Positions 46,724-60,052 of a stretch of 64,000 nucleotides of DNA are shown piece after piece (position 1 is the first letter of the stretch; each line of letters opens with the position of its first letter). The DNA is taken from assembly GCA_043228905.1 (NCBI GenBank), contig JBHGNT010000011.1:9610001-9674000 (forward strand). The letters are read 5' to 3'. The stretch comes from Azolla caroliniana. Lineage: Eukaryota > Plantae > Polypodiophyta. The notes beneath the pieces are model-generated. The model searched no databases. It had not been told where the DNA came from and saw only the letters and a list, made by a program, of their open reading frames with translations. The position numbers and the translations under genes are program-made.

Positions 46724-47059
46724 CTTCTAACTAGATTCTATCTAGGTAACTAATACCATACGTTAGGTACGGTACGGATACCATACGTATTTAACGTATT
46801 AATACCCGTATAGTACCTCCGAATTTAAAAATACATTAAATACGTTTTCTTAATATGTTAAATACTTATAGAATACGTATTTTACATATAGTACGTTAAA
46901 TACTTCTAGAATTTGAAAATTATTTACCTTTCTAAAAAAGATCTATAATATTGTAAAAAACATCTATGTTTACACAATTTTGTGATGTACAATATAGTCC
47001 TACATCCTAAAATGCATATAAGACATTTGAACATTTCACATCCTAAAATACTTGGAGTA

Positions 47060-50000
47060 ATATGGATGTCGACATTCCCTTATTACTTGGCTAAGTAGGC
47101 CGACCGAATAAGTGAGGTCGGGTCACGTAATGGTTAGGTAGATGAGGCTGTTGATCAATTTGCGATACTAAGTTTGTTCGCACTCGGCTGTGCCCGAATC
47201 GACATCAGCTTGAGATTGCGGTCAAGCAGGGTGGACACATATATTTGCACTCAGTCATCCCAAACTTGTAGACTAAGTTGAGGACGTAGTGTCGTTGTGA
47301 GATCATTATCCCAATTGGTGTCCGAATTACTTCGATGCCTAAGAAGTAATGGAGCTCGTGCAGGTCTTTCATTTCGAATATGCCGGAGAGAAGTGTTTTG
47401 AACTTGTTAATCTCGGCAAGATCCTTTCCTCCGATGACCAAATCATCCACGTATAGGATGATGACAATCGGGCTATCCAAGTTGTTTCGGATGTACAAAG
47501 AATTATTTGATTTTGACATTCAAAATCCGATTTGATGAAGATACTGCGTGATCTTCGAATGTCATGCATGCGGTGCTTGTTTGAGGCCGTAGAGTGGCTT
47601 CTTGAGTCGGCACATGACGTTCGGATATTGCGCGATTCAAAACCAGGTGGTTGGATCATGTATACCTCCTCTTCTAATTCGCCTTGAAGAAATGCGTTCT
47701 TGACGTCCATTTGGTGGAGGTGCCACCCTTTTGCTGCCGCAATTGCAATTACGGTCCGCACAGTTGTCATCTTTGCCACCGGGGCAAAGGTCTCTTCGCA
47801 GTCAACTCCGTGCGTTTGTGCGTATCCTTTCGCAACAAGCCATGCTTTGAAGTGATTTATGGAGTCGTCGGCATTGTGTTTCACCTTGTAAATCCATCGA
47901 TAGCCAAATTGCTTTCTTGTGTGGAGTATGAGGAATGAGATCCCATGTTTTGTGTTTGCATAGGGCTTGCATTTCTTCATTCATCGCGTCGACCCATCGT
48001 GGATCCGTTACGGCTTTGGAAAGGGTTTCCGGCTCCCATACAGATGCTACCTTAATCATAAAGGCGTAATGGTACACCATATAATCGTTGTAGCCGAATC
48101 GGCTTACGAGGTTCTTTTCACGGGTGGATCGGTAGAGCTTTTCATTTGCAGATACTAAGGCTTTCTTCGCTCCATTTGTTTGGATATCAAGGCCTTCAAA
48201 CTCACTATCGAGGGAGTGAGTCGATTCGTTGCCGCTGAGGTGATTGTCTTCATACTCTGGCATTTTTGCCTTCCCTTTGTCCAGCTTAGGACTCGCCCAA
48301 GATGTGGTTTGATCGCTCGGAGGCTCTTGTGGCCCACTAAGCCTTGTCGTAATCAGGCTTTCTTCGTACATGTGTGTGAGCCGATCTTTGGCTTCTATCT
48401 CTATTTTGGCGTGTTCTGGGTCGAGTGGAATCAGAGTCAAAATCGTCTCTGGTGTGTACGAGGATGCGAACTCGTCGAAAATGCGGATTCGTTGCCATCT
48501 AGGCTGGTCCTCACACATCTAAATGTACGACATCCAGGATCCCTTTGCTCACATTCCGCTCTTTCGGGAATGGATGTCGACGTTGCTTTCCAAACTAGCA
48601 TGCTTCGCATATGCTCGTAATCTCCTTTGCGGTAAAGTTCGGGAGTCCGATTATGACTCCTTTTGATTGCATATTCTGGAGCTTGATGTGGCCAATTCGT
48701 TTGTGCCACAAGTTTAGGCCGGTTTAGACTTTGAGGCCCTTTGCAAACATGGCCGATTTTACCTCGTTCGATTCGAGGAAAAACATATGGCCTTCACGAT
48801 GGCCATGAACTACGACTCGATCGCTTCTTTCAATAAAGCACCCATCATTGTTGAATCATACTTGCATTCCTTGTTCGAAAATCTGGCCAACCAAGACCAG
48901 GTTTTTCGTGATGGTAGGAACATGTAGTACATTCTTGAGGTAGGTTTTTTTGCCGTCATTTCCGAATGGGACGTTCTCGATATGCTGTATTGGATGAGTC
49001 GTGTCATCACTTGTCTTGACATATCCGGGACGTTTGGGTTTTCATTATTCTTGAAACCAATCTTCATGAGATGTCATATGATTGGATGCTCCTGAGTCAA
49101 CGAACCATACATTATCTGAGGGTGTGGTGCGTGTTTCACCTTGTGTCACCATTGAGTACGCTTTGTGCCTCATCATGAACATTCTGCTACGATCGTCGTA
49201 GTCAGAATTCGACACGTAATTCGTGAACATTCCGCTACGATTGTCGTAGTCAGAATTCGATGTGTAATTCGTGAGTTGTCGAATAGTCGAAGTTGAGTCT
49301 TGCTTCTTCTTTCAGCCCTCCTCTTCGTAGTGTCCGAGTTTTCCGCAGTATCCGCATTCAATTGGGTTATTTCGATTGCTTGGTCCGGCGTGATGACTCC
49401 CCCTTCTACCAAACTCTCTGGGATTATTCATGTCCACTTGCCATTGATGGGAGTTACACTCTTGGGTCTACCGACCGTGATGGCCTTGTCCGAATCGACA
49501 TCTATTTCCACAACCGAAATTTCTTCTATCATCCGATTGGGAGTAGAGCATATGATCCTCTGGTGCATTGTTCCTTTGTTGGACGTGATTTTTCTCGACC
49601 AACAATATTGATTGGAGATTGAAAAATGAAGGAGATTTCTCCCTTGCAAGGATGGCTGATCTAATCAAGCTAAATCGGGGTGCTCAGCCGCCAAGGCATA
49701 TTTGCACCATCTCGTCATCATCGATGATAACATTGATCGATCCGAGGGCGTCACATAATTCCTTGATCTTCAAGGTATAGTTGCCGATTGACATGTCCCT
49801 TTGATGAATAATGTTCAACTCCTAACGAAGTTGAAGCTTACGGGCAGCCATATTGGCCGCAAAGATCTTCTTGAGATTGCCCCAAGCTTCTTTCGGCGTT
49901 TTTGCCTCTCGAATATAGCCGAGCATGTGATCATGTACGCATGATGCAAGGCAATACAACAGACGGCTTGCGGCTTGCTCCCAAGAGGGATAGTCGGCGT

Positions 50001-50321
50001 GTGTTGGGTTGGGCTGCGTTTTGTGAGCTCCTTCAATATAGCTCTAGTATCCTTGTCCGACAAGGTACTGATACATCTTGTACTCCCAAGATGTGAAGTT
50101 TGTCCTATCGAGCTTCTCCGTAGGAAGAGTGCTTCCTATTTGAGTATTCATGATGATTTCTTCTCTGTTTCTTGGACCGGTTCTGTTGATCGTCGCTATG
50201 TAGAACACCAAAGTCGATTAGTCTTGATCAGAAAACAACACGCTCTGATACCATGTAAAGAAAGGAGAGTGATTGTATGCAGCGGTAGGACTGTGTGTGT
50301 GTGTATGAGCACTTATGAGAA

Positions 50322-50375
<54 letters not shown>

Positions 50376-50447
50376 GAGATGAGAAAACTATGTATTACTT
50401 CCAACAGCAACAAAGTGACAAAAAGTTGCTTTAAATACCAACTAAAC
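47060..50447 (-). mobile_element. Degenerate copia family E, copy 1 (gag-protease, integrase core deleted, RT); PBS 50242-50253; partial 5' LTR from 50254
   Basis: [35 protein letters not shown]; GCTCTGATACCA. Confidence 0.85.
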
Positions 50448-51013
50448 TATTGGGAAATCGGTCCCTCTGGATGGGATCCGGTGATGAATAAAGAGAACCC
50501 AGTGAGAACCGGAAGAGATCTAGAAACCGGAGGAGACCCGGTGAGAACCGGAAGAGAAGACATATATGTAAATATGTTTTGAGTAAGCATATTGAGGCTA
50601 TATTTGTAAATAGCCCTAAGTTCATATAAGTATAAATTTGACTTAGGGCAATCATGTGTTATGATGATGTTGTTGTCATATTGTTGTACAGAGAGAGAGA
50701 GAGTGAGATACAAAGTGATACTCTGTTGTAACAACCGGTTGGCGAAGATACAGAGCTCGAGGTCGTTGCCTCCGAGGCTCTGATTGTACCTTTCTCCTAT
50801 ATAGTGATAGTTCGGAGTCTGTGGGCTCCCGTGGTTTTTCCCATTCAGGGTTTTCCACGTAAACATCCTGTGTCCTCTCTATCGACTTGTGTGTGTACGT
50901 ACGTTCACTCCCTACTTCCCATTTCTGTGTTTGATTCTCACAGAGAAGTGTTTAAGACTTGGTTGTGGCCGAGCTATATTCCATGTTTTTTTCAACAAAC
51001 TGGTATAAGAGCG
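50448..51013 (+). mobile_element. Family A/B LTR plus PBS, fused by deletion to the family E integrase
   Basis: Homologous to 33614-34293; PBS TGGTATAAGAGCG at 51001. Confidence 0.85.
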
Positions 51014-53418
51014 AAGACTACGTCTTGACTTGTTCGAACCTTACGGGTAAATGGGTTGTAGCATTTGTACCCCTTCTGTTCGAGTGAGTATCCTATGAGG
51101 ATACATTTCTCCGACTTTGGGTCAAGCTTTTGCCGCGTATCGTCGGGAATATGTACATAGGCGATAGAGTCAAAAATGCGGACATGCGATAAGTCCGGCT
51201 TCTTTCCAAAGAACTTCCCATGAGGAGTTATGTCATGTACTCCTGAGGTTGTGCACTTATTCATGAGGTATACGGCCGTGTTCGCCGCTTCTGCCCAGTA
51301 AGATTTCAGTAGGTTCTTCTCATTCATCATGGCTCGTGCGACTTCTAATATGTGGCAGTTTTTACGCTTAGCTACGCCGTTTTGCTGAGGTGTATGTCGA
51401 CACGAGAACTCTCGTCGGACTCCTTCCTTGCGGAGATACGCCGAGAACTCATCCGAAAAATATTCTTTGCCTCCATCTGATCGAAGGCAGCGTACATGCC
51501 GGCCCGTGGCTTTTTCCACTTCGGCTTTGAACTTCTGGAAGTGGCCGAACACTTCACTCTTTTGCTTCATCGGATAAATCCAGGTATTTCTGGAGAAGTC
51601 ATCGATGAACGTGACGTAGTTACGACATCCACCGAAAGTAGTTGTTTGGGCTGGTCCCCACACATCTGAATGTATGACATCCAGGATCCCTTTGCTTACA
51701 TTCCGCTCTTTTGGGAATGGATGACGGCGTTGCTTTCCTAATTGGCATGCTTTGCACTCGCCCGTGATCTCCTTTGCTGTAAAGTTGGGGGGTCCGATTA
51801 CAACTCCTTTTGTCTGCATGTTCTGAAGCTTCTGAAGATTGATGTGGCCGATTCTCTTGTGCCACAACTTTAAGTCGGTTTCGACTTTCTGGCCTTTTGC
51901 GTACATGGCCGACTTTACTTCGCTCGACTCAAGGATAAACATATGGCCTCCTCGTCTGCCGTGAGCTACGATTTGATCGCCTTTTTCAATGAAGCACCCA
52001 TTGTTGTTGAAGCGTACCTCCATTCCTTGTTCTACAATCTAGCCTACCGAGACCAGTTTTTTCGTGATGGTGGGAACATGCAGTACGTTCTTGAGGTAGG
52101 TCTGTTCGCCGTCGTTTCCGAATGGGACATTCCCGATATGCTGTATTGGATGAGTCGTATCATTGCCTGTTTCGACATATCCGGGATGTTCCGACTTCCG
52201 TAATTCCCAAAACCAATCTTCATGGGAAGTCATGTGATTGGAAGCTCCCAAATCGACAAACCATACACTATTAGGAGTGGAGGCGCTGGTTGTCGCAAAT
52301 GCAGACATCGAGTGTGCTTCATGCTTCATTATGAACATTCCGCCACGGTCGCCGTAGTCGGAGTTCATGGCGTAATTGGTCAGTTGTTGGCCTGCCTCAC
52401 GTTTCTTCTTTCGGCACTCCTCTTCGTAATGGCCGGCTTTTCGGCAATACCCGCACTCGACTGGGTTTCGGTGATTGCTTTGTCCGGCGTTATGACTCCC
52501 CCTTCCGCCAAACTCTCTGGGACCATTTCTATCTGTTTGCCATTAGTGAGAGTTACACTCTTGATTTTGCCGATCATTACGACCTTGTCCGAAGCGACCT
52601 CTGTGACCTCGGTCGAAATTCCTCCTATCATCCAACTGGGAGTAGATCATATGACCGTCTGGTGCGTTGCTCCTCTACCAAGCATGATTCTCTTTGACCA
52701 GCAATATCGACTGAAGGTCGAAGAAGGAGGGAGGGTTCTCCCTTGCAAGAATAGCCGATCTAATCGCGACAAAACACGGTGCTAAGTCTCCAAGGCATAT
52801 CTGCACCAGTTCATCATCGTCAATGATGACATTGATCGATCCGAGGGCGTCACATAGCTCCTTGATCTTCAAGGTCTAGCTTGAGATTGACATGTCCATC
52901 TGTTGAATGCTATTCAGCTCCCGACGAAGCTGGAGCTTGTGTGCAACCGTGTTGGCTACGAAAATCTTTTTGAGGTTTTCCCATGCCTGCTTCGGCATTT
53001 TTGCCTCTCGAATGTAGCCAAGCATATGATCATGAACGCATGATGCAAGGCAATACAACACACGGCTTGCGGCCTGCTCCCAAGCGGGATAGTCATCGTG
53101 TGTTGGGTTGGGGTGTGATTCGTGAGCTCCTTCGATGTAGCTCCAATAGCCTTGTCCGACAAGGTACTGATGCATCTTGTATTCCCAAGATGCAAAGTTC
53201 GTTCTATCAAGCTTCTCGGTAGGAAGAGCGCTTCCCATTTGAGTATTCATGGTGATTTCTTCTCTGTCGATGGGCCGGTTCTGTTGATCGTCAGCGTGCA
53301 GCACAACATAGTCGAAAAGTGCTTGATCAGGCAACCACACGCTCTGATACCATGTTAAGGAATAGGAAGGCAAGAGTGGTTGCAATGCAGCGGAAGGTGA
53401 ATGTATGTGTGTGTGTAA

Positions 53419-53479
<61 letters not shown>

Positions 53480-54195
53480 AAAGTGTATATGATATTAATG
53501 CAATGAAATACATCCAACAGTGACTAAGTTACAATGAGTTGGTTTATATACCAACTAAGCTAGGGCAAGCGCCCTTTCTACTATTTACAAAACTAGCTTG
53601 GAGTGTCCATGAGCTAGTGTGAAACCTATCTATGGGAAGTTGAGTTCGATTCTCAACACGGAGAAACCGACTGATATTCGAATAGCCAGTCGAATAGCCA
53701 AATCCGAGTCGGTCAACTCGAAGTAACCGACTGATACACATGAGTCGGAGTTGGCAGACATACAGAAGTCAATTGGGGCATATGAGTTGGAGTCGGTCGA
53801 ACCTCAACAACCGATCGACATATATGAACTTGAGCCAAATGAATAGTCGTGTTGGAGTTGGCAAACCTATAGAAGTCAATTGAGGCATACCAGTCGGGGT
53901 TAGTGAAACTTCAGCAACCGATCGACATATATGAACCCGAGCCAAATGAAGAGTCGACATAAGTCAGAATCGACTTCCCAGTTGACTCCCACTATCATCG
54001 ACTCAAGACTAGTTGAACTGATGTAGTCGGTTGTTCAGAGACAGCTAGTCGGAACAACCAAATCTGAGTCGGTCGACTGCGAGAAACCGACTAATATTCA
54101 AATAGCCAGTCGGAACAGTCAAATCCGAGTCGACCCAGTCGAACCGATGTAGTCGAGGTTGAACAACTCGATGTAATCGAGGTTGAACAACTCAA
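51014..54195 (-). mobile_element. Copia family E, copy 2: gag, protease and integrase; PBS 53341-53352; 5' LTR 53353-~54195
   Basis: 343-aa integrase ORF 50992-52023 (LWHKRIGH, IHSDVWGP, LRSDGGKEY, PQQNGVA); Gag KLDRTNFASWEYKM. Confidence 0.88.
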
Positions 54196-55570
54196 TGTTA
54201 AGACGACATGCCTCCACGGAGACCTTGAGGAGGAGATCTACATGTAGCAACCGGAGGGATTCGTGAAGAAGGGGAAGGAGCACCTAGTATGCCAGTTGAA
54301 GAAGAGCTTATACAGATTGAAGCAAGCTCCCCGAGAATGGTACTAGAAGTTCAACTCCTTCATGACTGACCAAGGGTACCACAAGACACAAGCCGACTAC
54401 TGCATGTTCGCGAAGAAACTTGACGGAGGCGACTTCCTAATACTCCTACTGTATGTGGATGAAATGTTGATCGTCGGACCGAACCGAACCAAAATTTGGA
54501 ATCTGAAGAAGGCTTTGAACCAAACCTTCTCAATGAAAGATTTGGGTCCAGGGAGATAGATACTGGGGATGCACATAATCCAGAACCGGTCGAAGAAATT
54601 GCTATGGCTGTCACAGGAGAAGTACGTGACAAAGGTGCTCCGAAGTTTCAACATGACAGATACAAAACTAGTTGGGTCATGTGTAGTTGGCCGGATATCG
54701 GATTTGTTGTCAGAGTGGTCAGCCGGTTCATGAGCAATCCAGGAAGGGAACACTGGAACGCTACACTCCGTGTATAGAATACTACGGTAACAAGGAGGAA
54801 TACCGGCTCGACTACGATAGCGAAAGTGTCATCCACCTTGATAAGAATGCGACCTACCATTCCCGGACCAAGCACATCTAGAGAAGATATCACTGGCTCT
54901 GGGAGAAAATAGAATATCAAGACTTCGTGCTGATGAAGATCCACACAAAGGAGAATAGGTCAGATATGCTGACCAAGGTGCTGTCAGCCAACAAATTGGA
55001 CACGTGCCAGAGACGGATCAGACTAATGAGAAATCTCATGCTAGAGTGAAGGGGCAGTTTGTTGGGAATTTGGTCCCTTCGGATGAGAATCAGACGAGCC
55101 GAAGGAAGGAACCGGACCGGATGCAACAACCGGACCAAACCGGAATGTATTCGGATGGATCCAGTGTGAACTGGATCTAGGGACATATCTGTAAATATGT
55201 TTCTGGTGTGCATGTAAAGGCTATATTTGTAAATAGTCCTAAAGTCATATAAGTTTAAATATGGCTTAGGGCAATCACATTTCTGTGTAGTATGTAGTTG
55301 TTAGTTATTATCATTATGTTGTACATAGAGAGAGATACAAAACGAGTTTCTGTTGTAACCGCCGGTTGGCGAAGACATAGAGCTCGAGGTCGTTGCCTCT
55401 GAGTTTCCTATTGTACTCCCTTTCTCTTATAGTGATAGTTGGAGTCTGTGGGCTCCCGTGGTTTTTTCCCTATTAGGGTTTTCCACGTAAACATCCTGTG
55501 TCCTTTCTAATGAATGTAGAAGTGCATTAATCTCCATTTTCTGTTTTTTAATCTTCCATTGAGTATTTGA
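54196..55570 (+). mobile_element. Copia family A/B 3' portion: RT/RNase H remnant, PPT and truncated 3' LTR from 55060 (possibly the far end of element C)
   Basis: KTTCLHGDLEEEIY, LLYVDEML, HSRTKHI; GAAGGGGCAGTT followed by TGTTGGG. Confidence 0.85.
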
Positions 55571-57640
55571 GGCAATTCGGGAAAATAAAGAACTATATAT
55601 CCAATGTGGGCTTTTGGCTCAGGGTGTGATTTCAAAAACTCAAGAAAACAATTGCCCACATGTGAATAACTAAGGAAGGGCCCACAATTGCAGATATATA
55701 TACAATTTCACTCTCAATTTTAAAGGTCATACATACATAAGCGACATAAAAGCAATTGCCCACTTGTGAAGAACTAGGGAAGGGCATTTGGGAATATTAA
55801 GAATTATCTATCCATTTTTCATTTTTGAGAATGGGGACAAATTGGGACAACTCCCGCGTTAGCCTTCGAAATGTGCATGATTTCTTTGGAATTGGTTCCT
55901 GCACTGTATTCTCACTGAAAATTTGGATGAGAATCAAAAGTACTTAAAAAATCCTCATCTGTAAATGGAAAATCATATAGAAAGTTTCTTGCCATTCTTC
56001 AACAAAACACCTTCCTCATCATGAAAGTAGTCAAACGTTATCAAAATCCTTGAAAATTAGTTGTTTGGCTATAAACTTAAATGGCATTACAGTTGTGAAT
56101 GAAAAACAATAACATAATGGAATGCACGTTTAACACAATAATCGGCCCATATCTGTCAAAACTAAGCTACATGCACATTGGGAAATTCCAGGGTTTCATA
56201 GCCTGAAGTTTGAACCATTTATGTATTTTGTAAATCCAAGACAACCCTTAATTTTTTAACCCTTGACATCCAATGGGTGTTTAAAGTAATTGAAAATATC
56301 CATTATCACCATGAAATGGGTTGCATGGTCTTGTGAGTATGTTATCTTATGCATGGTTTATTTTCTCTAGTTATATTGCCCTCGAGAAGTTGAGGTTAAT
56401 GGAGCAACATTAAATTTGCATGCAATATTACCTAGATGTCGTGTCTACTTGCATTATAATTAAATTTCTAATAGACATTATGCAACAATTTATGTAAACT
56501 TGTGGCATCATATGCCTATACGTACCCATCCATAGGCATTCATTTTTTCTCATCAAGGTAGGTGCATAATTTAATGGAGACACAAGCCTATGTTGAAGGG
56601 GTTTTGCAACGTGTTTTGGATTCAAAATGATGAATATCTTATATGTAAAACTAGTGTTCTAGGTTAATTCTTCATTGTGATCGATACCAATCAAATCACT
56701 TGCAATTTCACGAAGTGAACCAATGGGTGTATTGAAAGATATCCATATGTTGCACTATATGCAACCATCAATATTACAATCTTTGAAAGATGATAAATGA
56801 AAATAAACAATACATGAGGTTGCCGTACATTGGTATTCCCATTTCCAGGGCTCACAAGACAATATTCCATTCCAGAAGTCATAATTTGATTTTCCAAGCA
56901 TTAAAACACATAAGGCAATCAAGTTCATCAAAGAAACGAGACATTTATGTTTTTGAATTCGATTGAAAGAGTGCGAGCAAAGTGTGTGGAGATCATAACA
57001 TGAGATTTGGGAAAAGGAGATGGAATCCTCTTCTTCCTTTATCCTTGTCCATGCTTAGGTAAATAACATCAACAGTGCCACACTTAATTTTTAGAGAGCC
57101 CAAAAGAGCACGAACAAAGTGGGAACTATCCTCACCACCACCAAAGGTCCCACAAAGACCTGGCATCCAATTCATTATGTATGTATGTATGTATGTATGT
57201 ATGTATATATATGTATGTATGTATATATATGTATGTATGTATATATGGTTTCATCGATTCATTATTCCTTGCCTTCAATGTCACATGGTACATCACACCT
57301 GACGTAGTGTTCCTATTTCCAACTATAAGTTGATGTGCCAAGGAAATATGAGCTTCTCCCACACCAGTCCTCGTTGACCTTTGCAGAAAGATGAGTGGTA
57401 AGGCTCACACAAAATAAATCTTTATTGGTAATTGTAAAGGGCATCAAGATTGCATCGTATAAAGGCCGAGTCTTGTTTGTGTAAGATGTTGCGCTCACAC
57501 ATTAGAGCTCTTGACATACAAGTATATATATATATCCAAATGTGTAAGAATGTTCTCGACCAAATCAATCAATCTCCGACAACTTATTGTGGTGGTTCAC
57601 AAGGGCATATGTATAGAATAGGTTTGGACATACATACAAT

Positions 57641-58588
57641 CATAGAATGTAATATTTGTGTTTGTGCCAGCATTCCGACGTTTGGAAACGAACACGTTTG
57701 AAATGGGAAAAATACGTGTTCCTTTTTTTTCATTTATTATCATTACAATTTAGCTCACCCTAGTGGTAAGGAGTCTTGCTAAATTGCTATCTATGTCTTG
57801 GGTTTGATTCCCAATTTTCTCATCTCTTTCTCTCTCTCACATTAGTACCATGTCATAGCAAAATTTTACGTTAGTGTTATAATAGTTTTTTTATTTTTTA
57901 TTTTTATTATTACAACTAAGCACAACCTAGTGGTAAGTTGTTGTGCTACTATTACTTGTGTCTTGTGTTCAATTCTCAACTTTCACATATCCTCTTGTTA
58001 GTGTCATGTTCCTTTTTCTTCTTTTTCTTTCTTTCTTTGTTATTAGAAATTAGCTCACTCGAGTGGTAAGTTGTTATACTACTACTGCCTATGTCATGGC
58101 AAAATTTTATGTTAGTGTCATGTTCCTTTTTCTTTCTTTCTTTCTTATTAGAAATTAGGTCACCCTAGTGGTAAGTTGTTATGCTAATACTGCCTATGTC
58201 ATGTTTTCTTCATATTCTCGAATATACGTTTTATGAGTTTTTGAATGTTTGATTATAATTTATAATGACATATTTTGATTCAATCTCTGTAGTTCATACT
58301 CATTTTTTTGTAAAGTTCTAAAGTGAGGATGATAGAGATGTCTTGATTTGCATCCCAAAAGTATGCATGTGATACAATGCAAATATTGCAACCATACTTA
58401 TGTTCGTGGTTCACAATGGATTAGAGTCCACTTATTAGGATTGAGAGTGAATCAATATATAATATAGACCCTAGTCAATCCAATCCAACTTGTCAATCCA
58501 ATCCAACTTTGAGATGATTTACCATACACGTTTGATTGAATCATTCTTGAATGCGAATGCACGTATGATACGTATGGTTCATTCTATG
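57641..58588. mobile_element. Complete hAT non-autonomous element (948 bp)
   Basis: TIR CATAGAATG...CATTCTATG; perfect 8-bp TSD CATACAAT at 57633-57640 and 58589-58596; BED-finger remnant. Confidence 0.92.
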
Positions 58589-60052
58589 CATACAATGAAT
58601 GAATGAAGGAAGGAATTAGCTTTTGTGTGAGTGTCCTCCAAATGTAGACAACCACAAAAAAATATGATTACACTATCACCTTCTATTCTAATCCCAATTC
58701 ACAGTCCTCTACTTCATTTTTTCTTCTATGTCAATTTTGGCATGCAACTTTCTTTCTCTCTCTCTCTCTTTGAAAACACCGAATCAAATAACCAGTAAAA
58801 CCTGAAGGTGAAGATTGCTGACAAAAACTAATCGACATATCAACATACATATATGTATTGCTTCAGGTTTCTACAGAAAGGTAGGCTATGTCAAAGAAAT
58901 AGAAGCAGCTTGGCTGGAGTAATAATACAAGCGATTGAATGTTTTGATGGTTTTCTGACTACATGTTTATTAGGAATTTTAAGCATTTTGATGGGTTTTT
59001 CTGAATGTGGACTTTTCATGGGGTTTTATTTTCTAAAATGTTAGATTTTTAGAGTTTCCAAAATGTGGGGCTTTTAGGGTTTTGAGGGGCTTCTTGATTA
59101 TGGGAGTTTTTATGTTCTGAATGTGGCCTACATTGATTTTCTGCATATAGGATTCTAAGGTTTTGGTTGTTCCGAATATGGATTTTTAGGGATTTGAAGG
59201 TTTTCTTAATAGGTATTTCTACGGATTCAAGGCGTCAATGTTCAGGATACAGATTTGATGCTTTTCAATTCTCTAAGAATTTTCATACTCTTTTATGATT
59301 TTTCTGAAATAGAGAACTCTAGGATTTATGGTCTGAATGGATATTGGTCTAGACAATGCCCTTTCAAAGAAAACCATAGTATTCGGTTTGAGGTTATAGA
59401 TATTGATCTGCATTGGAATAGGAGTTATTTTCATCGTCTTCTCATCATGGGTGGCCTCAAAGAAGGATAAGAAGAGCAAGTCTTTGATAGGAAGAACAAT
59501 TCGTTTGAACTATTCTAGTGGAGAGACAAGTCTATGGGATAAAGTGAGAAGAGAAACAAAAAATATGTTCGTTCTCGGATGTCTCATCTAATCTGAGAAT
59601 ACAAGAATGTTAACATCCATCTTAGTATTCAAATAGAAAGCAACTAAACACCATGGGGTTGGTTTCACTGTGGGGCTGCTGAGTCGTTACTTGTCTAAAA
59701 TATGAATGTCAATAAGTCATTTTGTTTTGTGACTCATTCAAAATTGAGAAACTTATTAGCAAATATGTAAAGTTAGATAGTTCAATTATATCCTTTATGA
59801 AGCTAAATTTCATATAGCTTAATCTTTGACATATTTTGTTTCTTATGAACAATTTCACACTCTTAAATCGAATGGAAAATGAAAAACTACCTTTATAACT
59901 TCACATTGGGAATTGCCCAATTTTTTTTCATACAAGCAGTGAGTGTCTATTTTTAGAAACTATTGTGCCAAAGGCTGTTATAGCATTTAATATTTAAATA
60001 CTTAAATATTATACAGTTTAATATTTGACCGTTTTTAGCTTAGACGGTACTT

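Noticed and set aside
49177-49275. 48-bp tandem duplication in copia E gag
   Set aside because: A local slippage duplication in a dead element; no sign of function.
59255-59591. Possible downstream exon(s) with a hydrophobic segment (ICIGIGVIFIVFSSW)
   Set aside because: Short, bounded by stops, with no convincing in-frame splice sites or homology recognised.
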